Part shown: positions 20,701 to 33,200 of the stretch, one piece after another | How the letters are laid out: every line of letters begins with the position of its first letter | Numbering within the stretch: position 1 is the first letter of the stretch | Assembly (NCBI GenBank): GCA_051294375.1 | Contig: CM119267.1 | Location: forward strand, 17,588,937 to 17,652,936 | Source of the DNA: Paraspadella gotoi | Taxonomy: Eukaryota > Animalia > Chaetognatha | Direction of reading: 5' to 3' | Length of the DNA stretch: 64,000 nt | Notes under the pieces: generated by a model | The model's input: the letters and a program-made list of their open reading frames with translations, nothing else | The model's database searches: none | Told to the model about the DNA's origin: nothing | Made by a program: the position numbers and the translations under genes

Positions 20701-23700
20701 CCGTAACAATATCCAGAGCCATTCCGGGATCGATTCCCTTTTGTTTGCCCCTCGTAATCGCTTCCGAATCCGCTCGAGGCTGCACTGCCATCTGTCGGAA
20801 AAAAGATTGAAATAATTAAAAGATTGAAATGATTATTGCAAGAAATATTTGTCGTCTTCTCAATAAGAAAATATATTTTAATCTAAACTTTAATCTAAAC
20901 TTTTATCCAAACCGTAGGGTAATGGCGATTGAGCTTGCGGTGATCCCCTCGCGCTATTGGCGTCTTCTTCCTTTCCGGATCCCGGAAACGACTGTCGTTC
21001 GACTGAAGCTGATGGAAGCAATGACGATTTAATTAGGAAATATATAAGAAGAAAAAATAATTAGATAAATAAATTGATAAATTAATTGATGTTACCATTT
21101 CTTGAAGTCGGGGTGAGGTAAAGCGCCTTCACTTCCGGTCTCATCCTCTCCAATTCCTCCAGAGTCAAGTCGGGGGGCGTGGTGAGGAGCGGAGGAGAAA
21201 AATCGTTGGGTAGGGAATGTCCTATCGCCCCCTCTCTGCTCCGAAGAGACGAAGAGGCCAAGGAGATGGCGGTCGAGCGGTTCGAGGAAGCGAGGGAAGC
21301 TCCAGAAGGGCGTGCCTCGACGGCAGAGGTCGTGGAGAATTCGGGGGCTGTGGAAAGGGTCACGGATGTCGCGGTAGTGTCCGCATCTTCCGAAACTCGA
21401 AGAAGTTTGTCCTGGTCGCCCTTGACGTGGGGAAGTTGTCCCCAGCTCCAGTTGATATTGCTGTACCTGAGAATTCACGAAACAAAAATTAATAACTAAA
21501 TCGAATTTGAAACTTTTCAGTTTTCACAATTATTCCCGGACCTGCGATCTTTAGCCGTGGTAAAGGAGGGTCTTTCCAGCAACTCGCTGTCGCTCTGCGG
21601 CGAGAAGGGTCTTCGAATCGGCGACCCCATCGGTGGCGATAAGTCTCCGTCCGAAAAAGGGTGTAGCTCCCCCAAGTCGTCGCCCAGATAAAAGACGCGC
21701 CCATCCGCTCGTTCGTCGTTCTTGACGCCCATCGTAATCTGACCGCGAATGTCGTTCTCCAATGTCCTCGTCGATTTCGCCGTGTCTTGAGGAAGTGACC
21801 TGGAGATCTTGCGAGCCTGCGACGGAGATCCCACGATGTCCACGTTCGGCGACGCCGACGAGGCGGTCGACGATTGAACAAGTCGATTAACGGCGTCCAG
21901 AGCTTCCTCTTCGTCCGAGGACCACTTGGGTTTGCGTTCGTCGAAATGATCCATCTCCATGGCGAAGATGTCTTCGGAATACGGCTCTGCCGCCGCGGGC
22001 TGCGAACCCGGGCTGCGTTTGCTGATGCTTTTTCTCTTCTTGTATCGATGCTGACGTGGTTTGGCGGATGCAGAAGAGTCTGTGTCGAAGGAAGAGGATT
22101 CGTCGCTGATGTCGGCGTCTCGTTGATCTCGAAATGAGGCGGGACCGAAGCCGAAGTCGTTTCCGGTCTCCAACTCGACGCTAATCTCCATTGACGACTC
22201 CATCGGCGCCAATAGGTCATCCATCTGTGGGTCATCTTGACGTGTTGAATCCTGAAAATAATAATATATAATAATAAATAAATAAAACAACAATTCGAAA
22301 ATTAAATGCTAACAGAAGACGTATTTATCTTTTTGACGCAGATTGAGGTCAAAACAATAAAAGTTATGTTTTAATCTTTATCGACTGCAAAATCCATTCC
22401 TCACCTCTCGATCTTGATCGACCGACTCGATCTTCATCGTCGCCATTCCATTTTCAATTGTCTCAGTTTCGTCACCGGGCAGCGGCGACGTGCAAAGGTG
22501 AGGCGCGACTGAGGACTCGTCTTCCTTGAGTTCGACGAAGAAAGCTTCACCCGCATCGCCCAACTTCATTTTCAAATCGACCTAAGTGAGGAGAGAGAGA
22601 AATGTACAACTGAAAGGTTGTGGTGAAAAGCAGTAAAAAAACGGAATATAGAAAGAAAAAAAAAAGAAAGAAAGGTAAAATTCCTTTCATTCGAATCAAC
22701 TCACAGGCTCTCCATTGAGAGTGATGTCGACGACTTTTTCACGCGATCGAAAGACGCCCACCTTTCCGAATCTCACGTGAAACGGAGATGCGCGCAGTGA
22801 ACCGTCCGGCTGACGCACCACGATCACGTCGATCGCCCCTGCGGAGGGGTAGGGCGGGACGAAGCAGATTTGATTGTAATCAGCGTTGTAAATAAATCTG
22901 GAATCTACAAGTTACTTGCTTGCTTTGCTCAGCTTTAATTTTATCTTTTCTTTTACATTACTGCGTTCCGCTTTCTTGCATGCTTTTTTCTTTCTTTCTT
23001 TCTTTCTCTCTTTTTCTTTTGTTTTCCATTACTACGCTCCGCTTTTTTTTTGCTTTTTTTTTCTCTCTTTCTTTCTTTATTTTTCTTTCTTTCTTTCTTT
23101 TTAGTTTTACTGCGCTCTACATTCTTTCTTTATTTCTTTCTCCTTCTTTTTTTCTTTTCTCTTTCTTTCTTTCTTTTTTTCCTTCTCACTTCGCAACATA
23201 TTTTTTCCCACTAATTAGTCATTATTTCTTTTTCTACACTGACTTGCTTTTCTCCTATATCCATTTATATCTAATGTTTTTCGGCTTTCGCTTTTACTTT
23301 TTGGTTTTGAGCCGTTGTGGACGAACAACCACACCGTCATGTTTTTAATCCAAGTTTGCGTCAGGTTAATTTGTTATGATTTTTTTAAATGGTTTTTTTT
23401 TTTAATAACTTTTTTTTTCAAAAAAAATTGTGTTCGAATGCATAAGATTCTAAAAGAGTAACTAATGTAAAAGTCGAGTGCGCGAAATAATAGTCAGAAA
23501 AAAAGTATGATCTTCGGTGTAAATTTTGAAATTAGTCATGAGAAGGCGGACGTATTCAATTTGTTCGGGATTGCATCGTCCATCAAAATCAATCATTCGA
23601 AGAAGAAAAAAGAATGAATACCGATTTATTGGCAGGAAGTAACGCCTACAGATTATGAATGATTAAGACACACCTCAATACGAATTCGATTGTTCCCACA

Positions 23701-23964
23701 ATGAGATTAAAATGACACCGAATAAAATTTCTCTTTTATCTGAAATTACATTTTTGTAGCCATTGTTTCTGTAATCACTAACTGGATAATAAAAATCACC
23801 TCAATTTACATATAAACGTCATTTCTTTATTATACAATCAAATGTTCAAACAAAGTTCAAAGCTGAATAAGTTTAAATCCCGTAAGCGGACCTGTTAAGG
23901 TAGCCGGATTCATTTCCCGATAGACGTTGGCAATTGAGCCGAAGAGTCGACCGATGAAGGCCAT
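17738..23964 (-). CDS. LPIN: Lipin / phosphatidate phosphatase (multi-exon)
   Basis: N-LIP domain: [82 protein letters not shown] motif: [23 protein letters not shown] (~19210-19280), then [10 protein letters not shown] and GFGNK. C-terminus [12 protein letters not shown]. Confidence 0.95.
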
Positions 23965-25418
23965 GTTGCTTTGGTTGCGATTTAAGAGAGTCAGTATTAT
24001 AAATTCAAAATAATCTCAATGTTGATAACGTCATGTTGTCTTGGATGAGTTTTTTGTTTGTTTGTTTTTTTAAATGGAAGATATATGATAGTTGATGCTG
24101 GGAATTTGATAATCTCGAAACGTAGAAAAAATCTGAGTAAGCAATACAATCGATTTAAAATATATATTTTTTTTTTACCAAAAGAAACTTTGTCAACGAA
24201 AAAAACTTTTGATCGATTATCAGCCCCGGGTTTTCCGGAAATCGTAACCGATTGCCGAACAGTGGAAAAAAAAATGGTTCAAAAAATGGATCAAGAGAGA
24301 AAATAAATCCTCATGTGAAAACGAGAGAGATCACGTTTCAACCCGACTAATGAATACATGAACTACTCAACTACGTAAAAAAAAATTATTTTTTTTTATC
24401 AAGGGAGATCGAGACATTACGAGAACGAAGATTTTTTTTTTTTTAATCTCGGTCGCAAAAAAACACGTACTCGATATATCACGAGGTCAGAAACAGTTTT
24501 TAACCCCCCCAAAAAAGTCAACAATATTAGTATTACAATATAAACAATACAATTACAAAGAAGTCAAATACAAAAATAGGTTATAACGGAAAAACCTTTT
24601 TTTATTCCCCTCCCCAGCATTTTTAAGTATAAATTTATTCTTTATTTATAATGTTAACAATTTCCCGATTTTATGGTTAACTTGCTTTAAACCAAAAAAA
24701 AAAGGAAAAACTTGTAAATATTGAAGCTGTTAAAATTAAAAAATCTTGAAATTAAGTCGCCGCAACTTGATGATCACGAGTTTTTTCTTCTTTCATGAAA
24801 ATGATTTCGAAATCCCGCCGACACTTGAGCTTCTATAACACTTTTTCCGATCGACAAATTTTGAGTTCGAGCGAACTTGACAAAAAAAAACTACGCATCG
24901 CGCATCAGCTGGTGTTAGAGTGCAACCTAACTCGCCTCGTGGTCCAAAAATATTTAAAAAATCAAGAAACGTCCTTCATAATGTCATCGAATGAGAAACT
25001 TCACATCAAATATCTTTTGTCTCGATGTGATAGCAATTAACTATCAGCGTTAGAATACTGGTATTATCAATGTCATAGCCGTACGAAGATTCTCAATGAT
25101 CGCGGAGAAAAAACCGGAGCTAGCATTTTGTTTTCAAGTTATTTTCAAACGCGACATCTTATGGCTTCCTTTAAAACGGTTAAAAGAAGATGAGCAGCTT
25201 CGGAATACGGTTTCGATTATGCTGTTTCACAAAATCACAAAAGGACCTAATCATATTATAATTATCGCAATTACTGTGTACTTGGAAAAATTAAGGGCTT
25301 ATTTTTACATTCGCCGAACGGGATTTTGCAGTCGGTTATTTGTTTTTTGCTTTTTATGAGCAACGTATAGAAATCTTGTTACGTAAAAAAAAGATACTGG
25401 TAAGGCTAAAAAAACTTT

Positions 25419-25520
25419 ATGAAATTGGTACAACCAATATAAAAATTATCCATTCATTTAATAAATAAGCTATCTTGCCCCCGACTTGGGACAGGCTTTG
25501 GTGGTTTAAGGCCTCCATCA
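25419..25520 (-). mobile_element. Dispersed repeat family A, 5'-truncated copy
   Basis: Reverse complement of the 3' ~100 bp of family A. Confidence 0.7.
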
Positions 25521-25994
25521 TTATAAATTTTATTTCGAAACCTCCCTTAACCCTAACCACCCCAAATCCTTAACCACCCCTATCCCAATTGCTATCCGTT
25601 TAAAAAACAACAAAAATATTATTTATTTTAATTAAAAATATTTTCACAGATTTTGAAGTCTGAAGAGAGAAATAGAGTCTGAAAATATTTGTTTCAAAAG
25701 TCAATTCGTTTTTTTCGTTGCTGAAGGCTTACGTTGAAACCAAGACATGTCCAAAATTTAAATTTCTTAATAAAACTTAACTTGTATTAATAATAATATT
25801 AATAATAAATGTACTATTACTGCGCAAACTGTGACTCGACGCTAAAGGGAAAACAAAATTAAATGGAATAGTGAAGTTACCCAAATTAAGCTTCCGGTTC
25901 CAAGAAAAAATATTCAGATTGAGCCCCTATTCTTTGTCCTCGGTTGGTATCTGTATGATTACAAATACTACTTGGTCGGTGAGGACGTAGTTCT

Positions 25995-26154
25995 ATGAAA
26001 TTGGTACAATCAATATAAAAATTGTCATTTTATTTAATAAATAAGCTATCTTGCCCAGATTGGACAGGATTTGTTGGTTCAAGGCCTCCATCAATCTTAC
26101 AAGATAATAACATAACAGGTCCAAGCAAGTTGTCAATTAAGACTCTCGGTCTCG
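25995..26154 (-). mobile_element. Dispersed repeat family A, diverged copy
   Basis: ATGAAATTGGTACAATCAATATA...TAAGCTATCTTGCCC...AAGGCCTCCATCA...AAGACTCTC. Confidence 0.7.
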
Positions 26155-27234
26155 TATATTCACTACCAGTTCGGTAGTCTTCATAACTTAACATAACCTG
26201 ACAAAAAAAATCAAAACGATGCCGGGTGATTATTATATGCCAGACGCGCTATTGGAACTTAATTAATTTAAAATACTAGCAACGTATATTAAACTGATTT
26301 AAACCAAATTTACGAATTTGTCTGCTTACCGTTAGAATCAAATTATTACCTTTTTTTGCCAATGAATGTTTTTATCACACCAGATAACTTGACAGAAACG
26401 TCAAAGTGGTTGCAGAAAACCCTAAACGCAAGCGTATTTTTAAGTTTTCTTTTTTAGTTTGGTCAAAACTTTTTCAAACAAGGTCTCTTCGTTTTCGAAT
26501 TTTCGTTTTCAGATTTTCCGTATCTGCGGTAGTTTTTAAGCGATACAGATTTGAGAGTTCTAGTATAAAATGGTCACCGTATCCGGTAGATAACTAAAAA
26601 AAATTTTTATGTGCATTCTCAGCTATGTACCTAGCAAGTGTTACAGTATTCTGACTGATGATCGACTACTCGCATAATAAAAAAGACGCCGTTTAAAATC
26701 AATGTGGATTAAATAATTCAAATGGTATTAGTTCGCCTTAAATAAGTTCATCAAGACCGTCAAACAGGACAAATCCTTTTTTTACAAGGGCAAACATAAG
26801 CAACTTGATATGTTTAGAGTGAAATGAAATTGAAATGAGCGAAAAAAAAATAAATGAAGGAATAATAAAAAATTGATTGGGTAAAACGAAAAATTGCACC
26901 CTATAAGTCTAATTGGAAACAACTAAATTAAACACAGCTTTCGTTGTCATCTCTATGGCAAAAACGTTAGGCTTGAGTGTAATCTAATCTCAAGATAGGT
27001 ACACCGAAGATAAAAACAAAAAACCTCGACATAGTTCGAGGCATAAGCGTTGAGGAATCTACTTTTTTTTTTCCAACTGTACGGAACAAATGAGTAAGTT
27101 TTTAAATTGAATAACATCCGGGGATGCGTTCTGAGAAAAAGGTTGGCGTCATATTGCGCTTTTGTTGAGTCCACTGTTTTTTTTTTCGTTTTTTTTTGTT
27201 TTGTTTTGAAAAAAGCCTGTTAATCGAGGCCTCG

Positions 27235-30200
27235 TCAAACATCGAGTTTAGAAGATGTCGTTTGTTGAATAAATGGTTCATTCCACATTCGACGTAAATC
27301 CCCCTGGAACGAAATTGGGAAAAACTAAAGTTGGTTACTTAGCTCCAGCAATCTTAAACTTTGTTTTGTCTTTAGTCTTAGCTTTGTTTGATGCTCATGT
27401 ACTAAAAAAACCTTGTTGAATTCGCATGTATTTAATCTCTCTCCATCTCTGTTTTCGTCACTCTTCCCATTACCTTTAAATACGCCATAATGAGGAGAGG
27501 AAGTAAAGTGAAAGGGACGAGATAAAGGAGGGCAGGCTGAGCTGCTTGAAACACCTCTGAGGACACCGTCGCGGTCAGTAAACCTGCAGGAAGAATCGTT
27601 TACTCAATGGCCGACTCCATTAGCGACGCCGTGGTAAACAATATTGAATGGCAAACAGTCGCCTTCCTTTCGCGTCAAAAGTAATGTGCAGTTAAGATCT
27701 TTATTTTTCCTCACCGACAAAGTATCCGATGAGAGAGCAATGGAAGTAGGTGACTCTGTTGAGGGGATGCGGGGGAGGCGGAAGTCCGCATTCGGCGTTG
27801 TTCAGTTGGCTCTTTTTGTAAGAGTCGTAGCGAAGAACGAAGCAAAGGAGCAAGCCCGGCATCACGATGTCACCCAGGCCCAGCATCGAAAAGTGGCCGG
27901 CGTTGTGCATGCTGTAATATTAAATGTTACATAAAACCTAAAATCATTTGAATAGTCAAATATGTTAAATATATTTCTGTCCTTGTTAAAGCCTCAGATT
28001 GTTAAGACCTCATAAGCTGGATTAATCGTCACTTGTCTTAATAAAGTAGTGAGAAATTTTATTATTATTCGCCGGTCGCGGAACCAAATGTCTAAGAACT
28101 ATTTTGACTGTAAAACTCAATAACTAATTACATCGAACTCCATTAAAAATCCATCAGTCCGTGACACCGGAAGAAACTTTAATGTTCTTTAGCCCCCTAG
28201 AAATACCCAGTAGTGGAGATGGGGCTCTATTCTTAATTTTTTAAAAAAGTAGTTTTTAATGATTGAAATTATTCAGAACATTAGTTGTTAGAAGTCCCGA
28301 AATCATGGCATCCAAAACGGAAAAGCCCGCGCCGACAAAAGCGGAACAGACAAACGTCAAATCGAACGACGTGAGTTTAAAAATAAAAGTTAAGATGAAG
28401 TAGGGTCGCGGTAAAGACAGACTGATCTTTCACAGGAACGACCCCCGGAAGCACCAGGGGTCAACGCGAGAGTTTCCGAGAAACTAGTAGAATCTAACGA
28501 CGAACTTGAACTCAAACGGAGGGGATACCTCCTGGGCAAAACGCTCGGCGAAGGCTCATACGCAAAGGTACTAATTTATTCACAAGAGAATATTCTGGAA
28601 AAAAATACCGAGCGATTGGAGACTTGCGGCCATTTGCCAACGACAATTTGGAATGGTTAATTTTGGTTTGGTAAGCGGTTTTATCAGATAACATTTATGT
28701 ATTAAATAAGTTACTAAGTAATTAATTACATATTCATTAGATAAGAAAATTATTAAATTCACACCACTAACTATTAGTAATAAGAGGCGAAAACACAACT
28801 ACTCCAAATTCGGGAGAACTTTAACAGACACGGTTTGGGCGTTGACTAGATAAGGGAGCTTGATTTACGATCGATTTCTCTGCGAGAAAATTTGTTTTAG
28901 AAAAATAAATAAATTGATAAGGGATTCCCCGCATTTCGTCCTCCCCTCCTGACGATCTTCCAAACCCTTCCCCACAACCGCCTCGTAGGTTAAAGCGGCC
29001 TACGATCAAAACCGCAAACAGAAGTGCGCACTCAAAATCGTGAACCGACGAAAAGCGCCCAAAGAATTTCAAAACAAATTCCTCCCTCGAGAACTCGCCG
29101 TCCTAAAAAAAGTCAAACACGAAAACATCGTCCTGCTGTACGAGGTCCAGACGCCAATGTTGTTGTTGTTGGTTTCGAGTGAGGAGAGTGCGAAAGAGGC
29201 TCTCTCCTTGTTTGGTTTATTAATAAAATCCCTTACTTCTGAGGCTGGGAAATTTTTTTTTCCTAGAAAGCTGAGCAAATAACTTTTTTTCCCTTTAATT
29301 TCATTAGCCAGGGAATTTTCTATTTTTAAAGTTAACGGTTATTTGAGAAAAAATATGAAATAATAATAATAAAGAGAGAGCTAGTTTGTTTTACTTGAAG
29401 GGGAAAAACCTGCGGTATCACTATTCACTAATTTAGAATCAACAATATGAAATTAAAACCTCAAAGTCGGTGTATTTTTTTTAGTCCATCGTTAACAATC
29501 ATAACATTAGATACCTTCTCATCCCACCACCCAACTCTCAAGATCATAGTGTTTGGCGACAAGATCGTCATGGTGATGGAGTTGGCAGGTCACGGGGATC
29601 TGCTCGAGTACATAAAACTACGCGGTGCCCTAGACGAGCGCCGAGCGAGACGGTTATTCTCCCAAACGGCCTCCGCCATCGAATATCTCCACGAGAGATA
29701 CATCGTGCACAGGTAATATGAACGAATTTTGATTTTCAAACAAGGATCGGGCGTTCTCTAAAGAGTATTTGCCACATTTCGTAGAGACCTGAAATGTGAG
29801 AACGTTCTTCTCGATCGGCACAATAACGTTAAAGTATCGGATTTCGGCTTTTGTAAGGAACTCGTTAGAGGAGGTAACCGAAGATGAAGAAAAGTTCTTG
29901 GCGGTGAGAAAAAACCGAATAACCGATATCCCGCCTTCTTTTTCTTTTCCTTTTTTTATTTTGAAAAAGGAGCCCCGAGCTGCACTTTTTGCGGCAGCTC
30001 CGCGTACGCGTCTCCCGAAATTCTCCAAGGAAAACCGTACTGCGCTTTGGCTTCGGACATTTGGAGTCTCGGCGTGATCCTCTACATCATGGCCTGCGGA
30101 AAAATGCCCTTCGACGATTCGAGCATTAAGAGACTCATCAAAGATCAGTTGGGTAAGAGATGGGTCATCCTTGGAGGAGATTCTTCATTGGGCAATAAAA

Positions 30201-33200
30201 TAGACTCCCAAGTTGGTGTAAGAAACGTGACCCTTTGCTCTTTATTTCTTAGCGAAGAAAGTATCGTTTCCCAAGCCGCCCTTACCGACTCTGTCCAATC
30301 AATTGATGAGTCTCATCCGTTGGATGTTGCAGCCGTTGGTACCCAACCGAGCGACGATCGGCGACGTCAAGCACTCGTTTTGGTTGGTTTTGGGCCAGGT
30401 GATGATTCGAGAAGACGCTCACGCAACGAAAAAATCTCGACGGGATTTCTTTTTTCTCTTTTTCTCAACGTTTTGAACATCTTATCTCGTTAAATTGAAA
30501 GAGAGAGAGAGAGAGCGATAACAGGAGTCCTTGGCAGTCGAAAAGAACTAGCGCCCTTTGTTGACTTTCGATGGCCGAAGGCCAAAAAATCGAGCTTCGG
30601 GTTGGAAAAAAAAAACAATAAGAAGATCGATAAAAAAAAGAAAAGGGGGGGGGGAAGAACCGAGAAAAAAATCGGCTACCAGCGTTCGATATCTATTCCT
30701 CTAAATCCTCTAAGAGCAGTAATCCCTTCGCAATGAGACAGCAAGGTTAGCTTATTGTCTAGATTAATTCGAAAGTAATCCCCCATCGCTAATCTCCGGA
30801 AAAGGGAAGTCACGTCTGGCTTTTAAAAAAAGTTTTTTTTCTCATTTTAAATCCCGAGTAGCTGTCACTTGCGTGCGACTCCCCTACGAAGCTTCTTCTT
30901 TTAATCGGTTCGCTCTCTTTGTGTCACTTTCTTTCAAGATGGAAGCGAACAAAGAAGCGACGCAGAGTCAAAACGCCGCTGCCGTCACCGCCTCCGGCGC
31001 CGCGGACAACCCGGCGGTGGCCGGCGTCGTCATCGACCCGGTGGTTCACGCCAGCCCCGCCGCGACCACGCCGATGTCCGCCACCCTCGCCTCCCTCACG
31101 CCCGCCCCTCACTCGTCTTCGAACCCTCCCGTCGCGGGGTCTCTCGGAGAGGAGAGACAGAGACCGCCATCCCACAGAGAGAGAACCTCGCTCGCTCAGG
31201 GAAAAACTCAGGTGAATTCGATTTACCCGAGAAAATTGGCGGAAAACAAAGATCCGCGCCTCTTTCTCCCTTTCTTTTTAACCTCTCTCTCTCTCTCTCT
31301 CTCTCTGTCTTCAGGGCGAGTCTTTCACCGCAGTCATTCCCACCTCCCTTTTATTCCCTGATCATCCCCCCCCTTCCTTCCCTTCGGTTTTCAAAAACAG
31401 CAGAGACGACCTTTTACGAGCACTTATTTGGGAATTGGTTTCCCTTGTTTTTGAGCTTTTTTTTTTTCAGTGCCACAAACACTGGCGTCCATTATCATCC
31501 CTATCCTTTTTTTACTCAATGGGGCGTGGGCCATCTACAGAGTTTTTTTTAAAGTAATATAAAATAATAAATTTAGTAAAAACACTTGCCTAAGCACGTA
31601 AAACTTTCTCAAATTTATTTTGCTTTCCGTTCGAAATATGAATAAATAAATATGAATTAAACCGGGAAATATATTTTATTTTGAATAAAAAATAAATTAT
31701 TAACCAAATAAATCGCTTTCTGACGGGCCAAATAAATCGATAAAAATATAAAAAAGGTTAAATACTAAAAGGGAAAAATTTAAAAATGGGGATAGATGCA
31801 AATTGCCGAACGCAATTAGCGAATTACGAACGCCATTAGCGAATTACGAACGTCATTGGGCCTTCAGTAAAATATGAACGCCGTTAACGAAGCGCGAATC
31901 GCAGAGAGAAAACTCAACTCGCAACATCCAATAGGCCGCCCCCCCAAACATTAATGACCCTCTCCCCCGCCCGACAAAACAGACGGCGGAGGAAGGCGGA
32001 AAATCGGGAAAACATTACGGCAGTTCACCGTCTTCGAAAGCGACCTCGTCGAGGCCGTCAACGTCGACGCGAACGGCGACCAAAAGCGCCGTCGAAGGCG
32101 GAGACAAGAAAGGCATGTCCGAAGGAACTCCGTACAGTTGGTCGTCGACGTCCGGTTCGAGGATCCTGCGCAACTTGAGCCGAAAAAGAGACGAAAAGTC
32201 TTCGAACAAATGATCATGGGGCATCGATTTTTCTTTTTTTTTTATTGGGGAAATGATAATAGTGTTTTTTTTTCTTCTTGGGAGAAGGGGAAAGGAGATT
32301 GGAAACGGAGAAAAGATAATGGAAACTTTGTTCTTTTTTTTCCCTTTCCGCCATCGAATTTCGCCTCTGCCTTGTTGGAGGGTATTCAAGACAAAGTTCC
32401 ATTTCGTTCTTTCCAAAGAGACGAATTTGGATTCTGTTTTTTCTTTGGTTTTTTTTTATTTTCAGGGGATTGTTAACTACCGCGATTTGAACGATATCGA
32501 TATCGAAGGACGGGAAATGGAAATCGCTGATATGATATATCATAGGAAATGTTAAACGAAGATCTCAGAATTAGTCGCGTTATTTTATTTTATTTTATTT
32601 TTTAACTCGAGTCGACGCTTATTAAACAAACAAAAAAAAAAAAAAAACAAACACGGAACTACAAAACGTCATTTGTTGGACTAGTGGCTTTCGAGAATGG
32701 ATAATGGAGTGCTGAAAATGTGCTTCAGTCCAACGAACATACGCGCAACGCCCGCCCCCCCGCAACACGAGGAAAAGCGAAAACTGGGTTTTCTTGCGCA
32801 TCCGAATTGAAAACGTTGTTTACCTTCCCGAGGTCGACATGGAAATATGGGGTTGGGACTTGGCTCGAGGGCGAGTCCCTCGGGTGAAATTAGCGTCGCT
32901 CGATATGACAGGATGGAAAGTTTGATCGGCGTCGAGGGATGTGGCGTGAACTTGTGCAGGAGTTTGCGGGAGTTTGCGGTGGGAAAAAAACGAATTGAAC
33001 TCGTGGTGGGGTTCTGGGGAAAATCAATTAAACTTGTGATGGAAGCTAATTATAATATTATTAGTTATCGACAAAGTTGAAGCTCCGCCTTAATTTTGTA
33101 ACAGGATTGAAAAAATTTAATATTCTCAGAGAAGTGAAAAATAGTGAGAATAAAAAGTTAAATCAAAGTTAATCGAAGAAATACCCGCTGTCACTATCAG

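Noticed and set aside
22916-23348. Phe/Leu/Ser-rich 'membrane protein' ORFs (also 50317-50833 and 41939-42343)
   Set aside because: Translations of pyrimidine-rich low-complexity intronic or intergenic DNA.
31954-32178. Arg-rich protamine-like ORF next to TSSK
   Set aside because: An overlapping frame ([10 protein letters not shown]...SSNK*) follows an acceptor AG, is in phase with the preceding TSSK exon and fits host codon usage. The Arg richness is a by-product of CG-rich codons.
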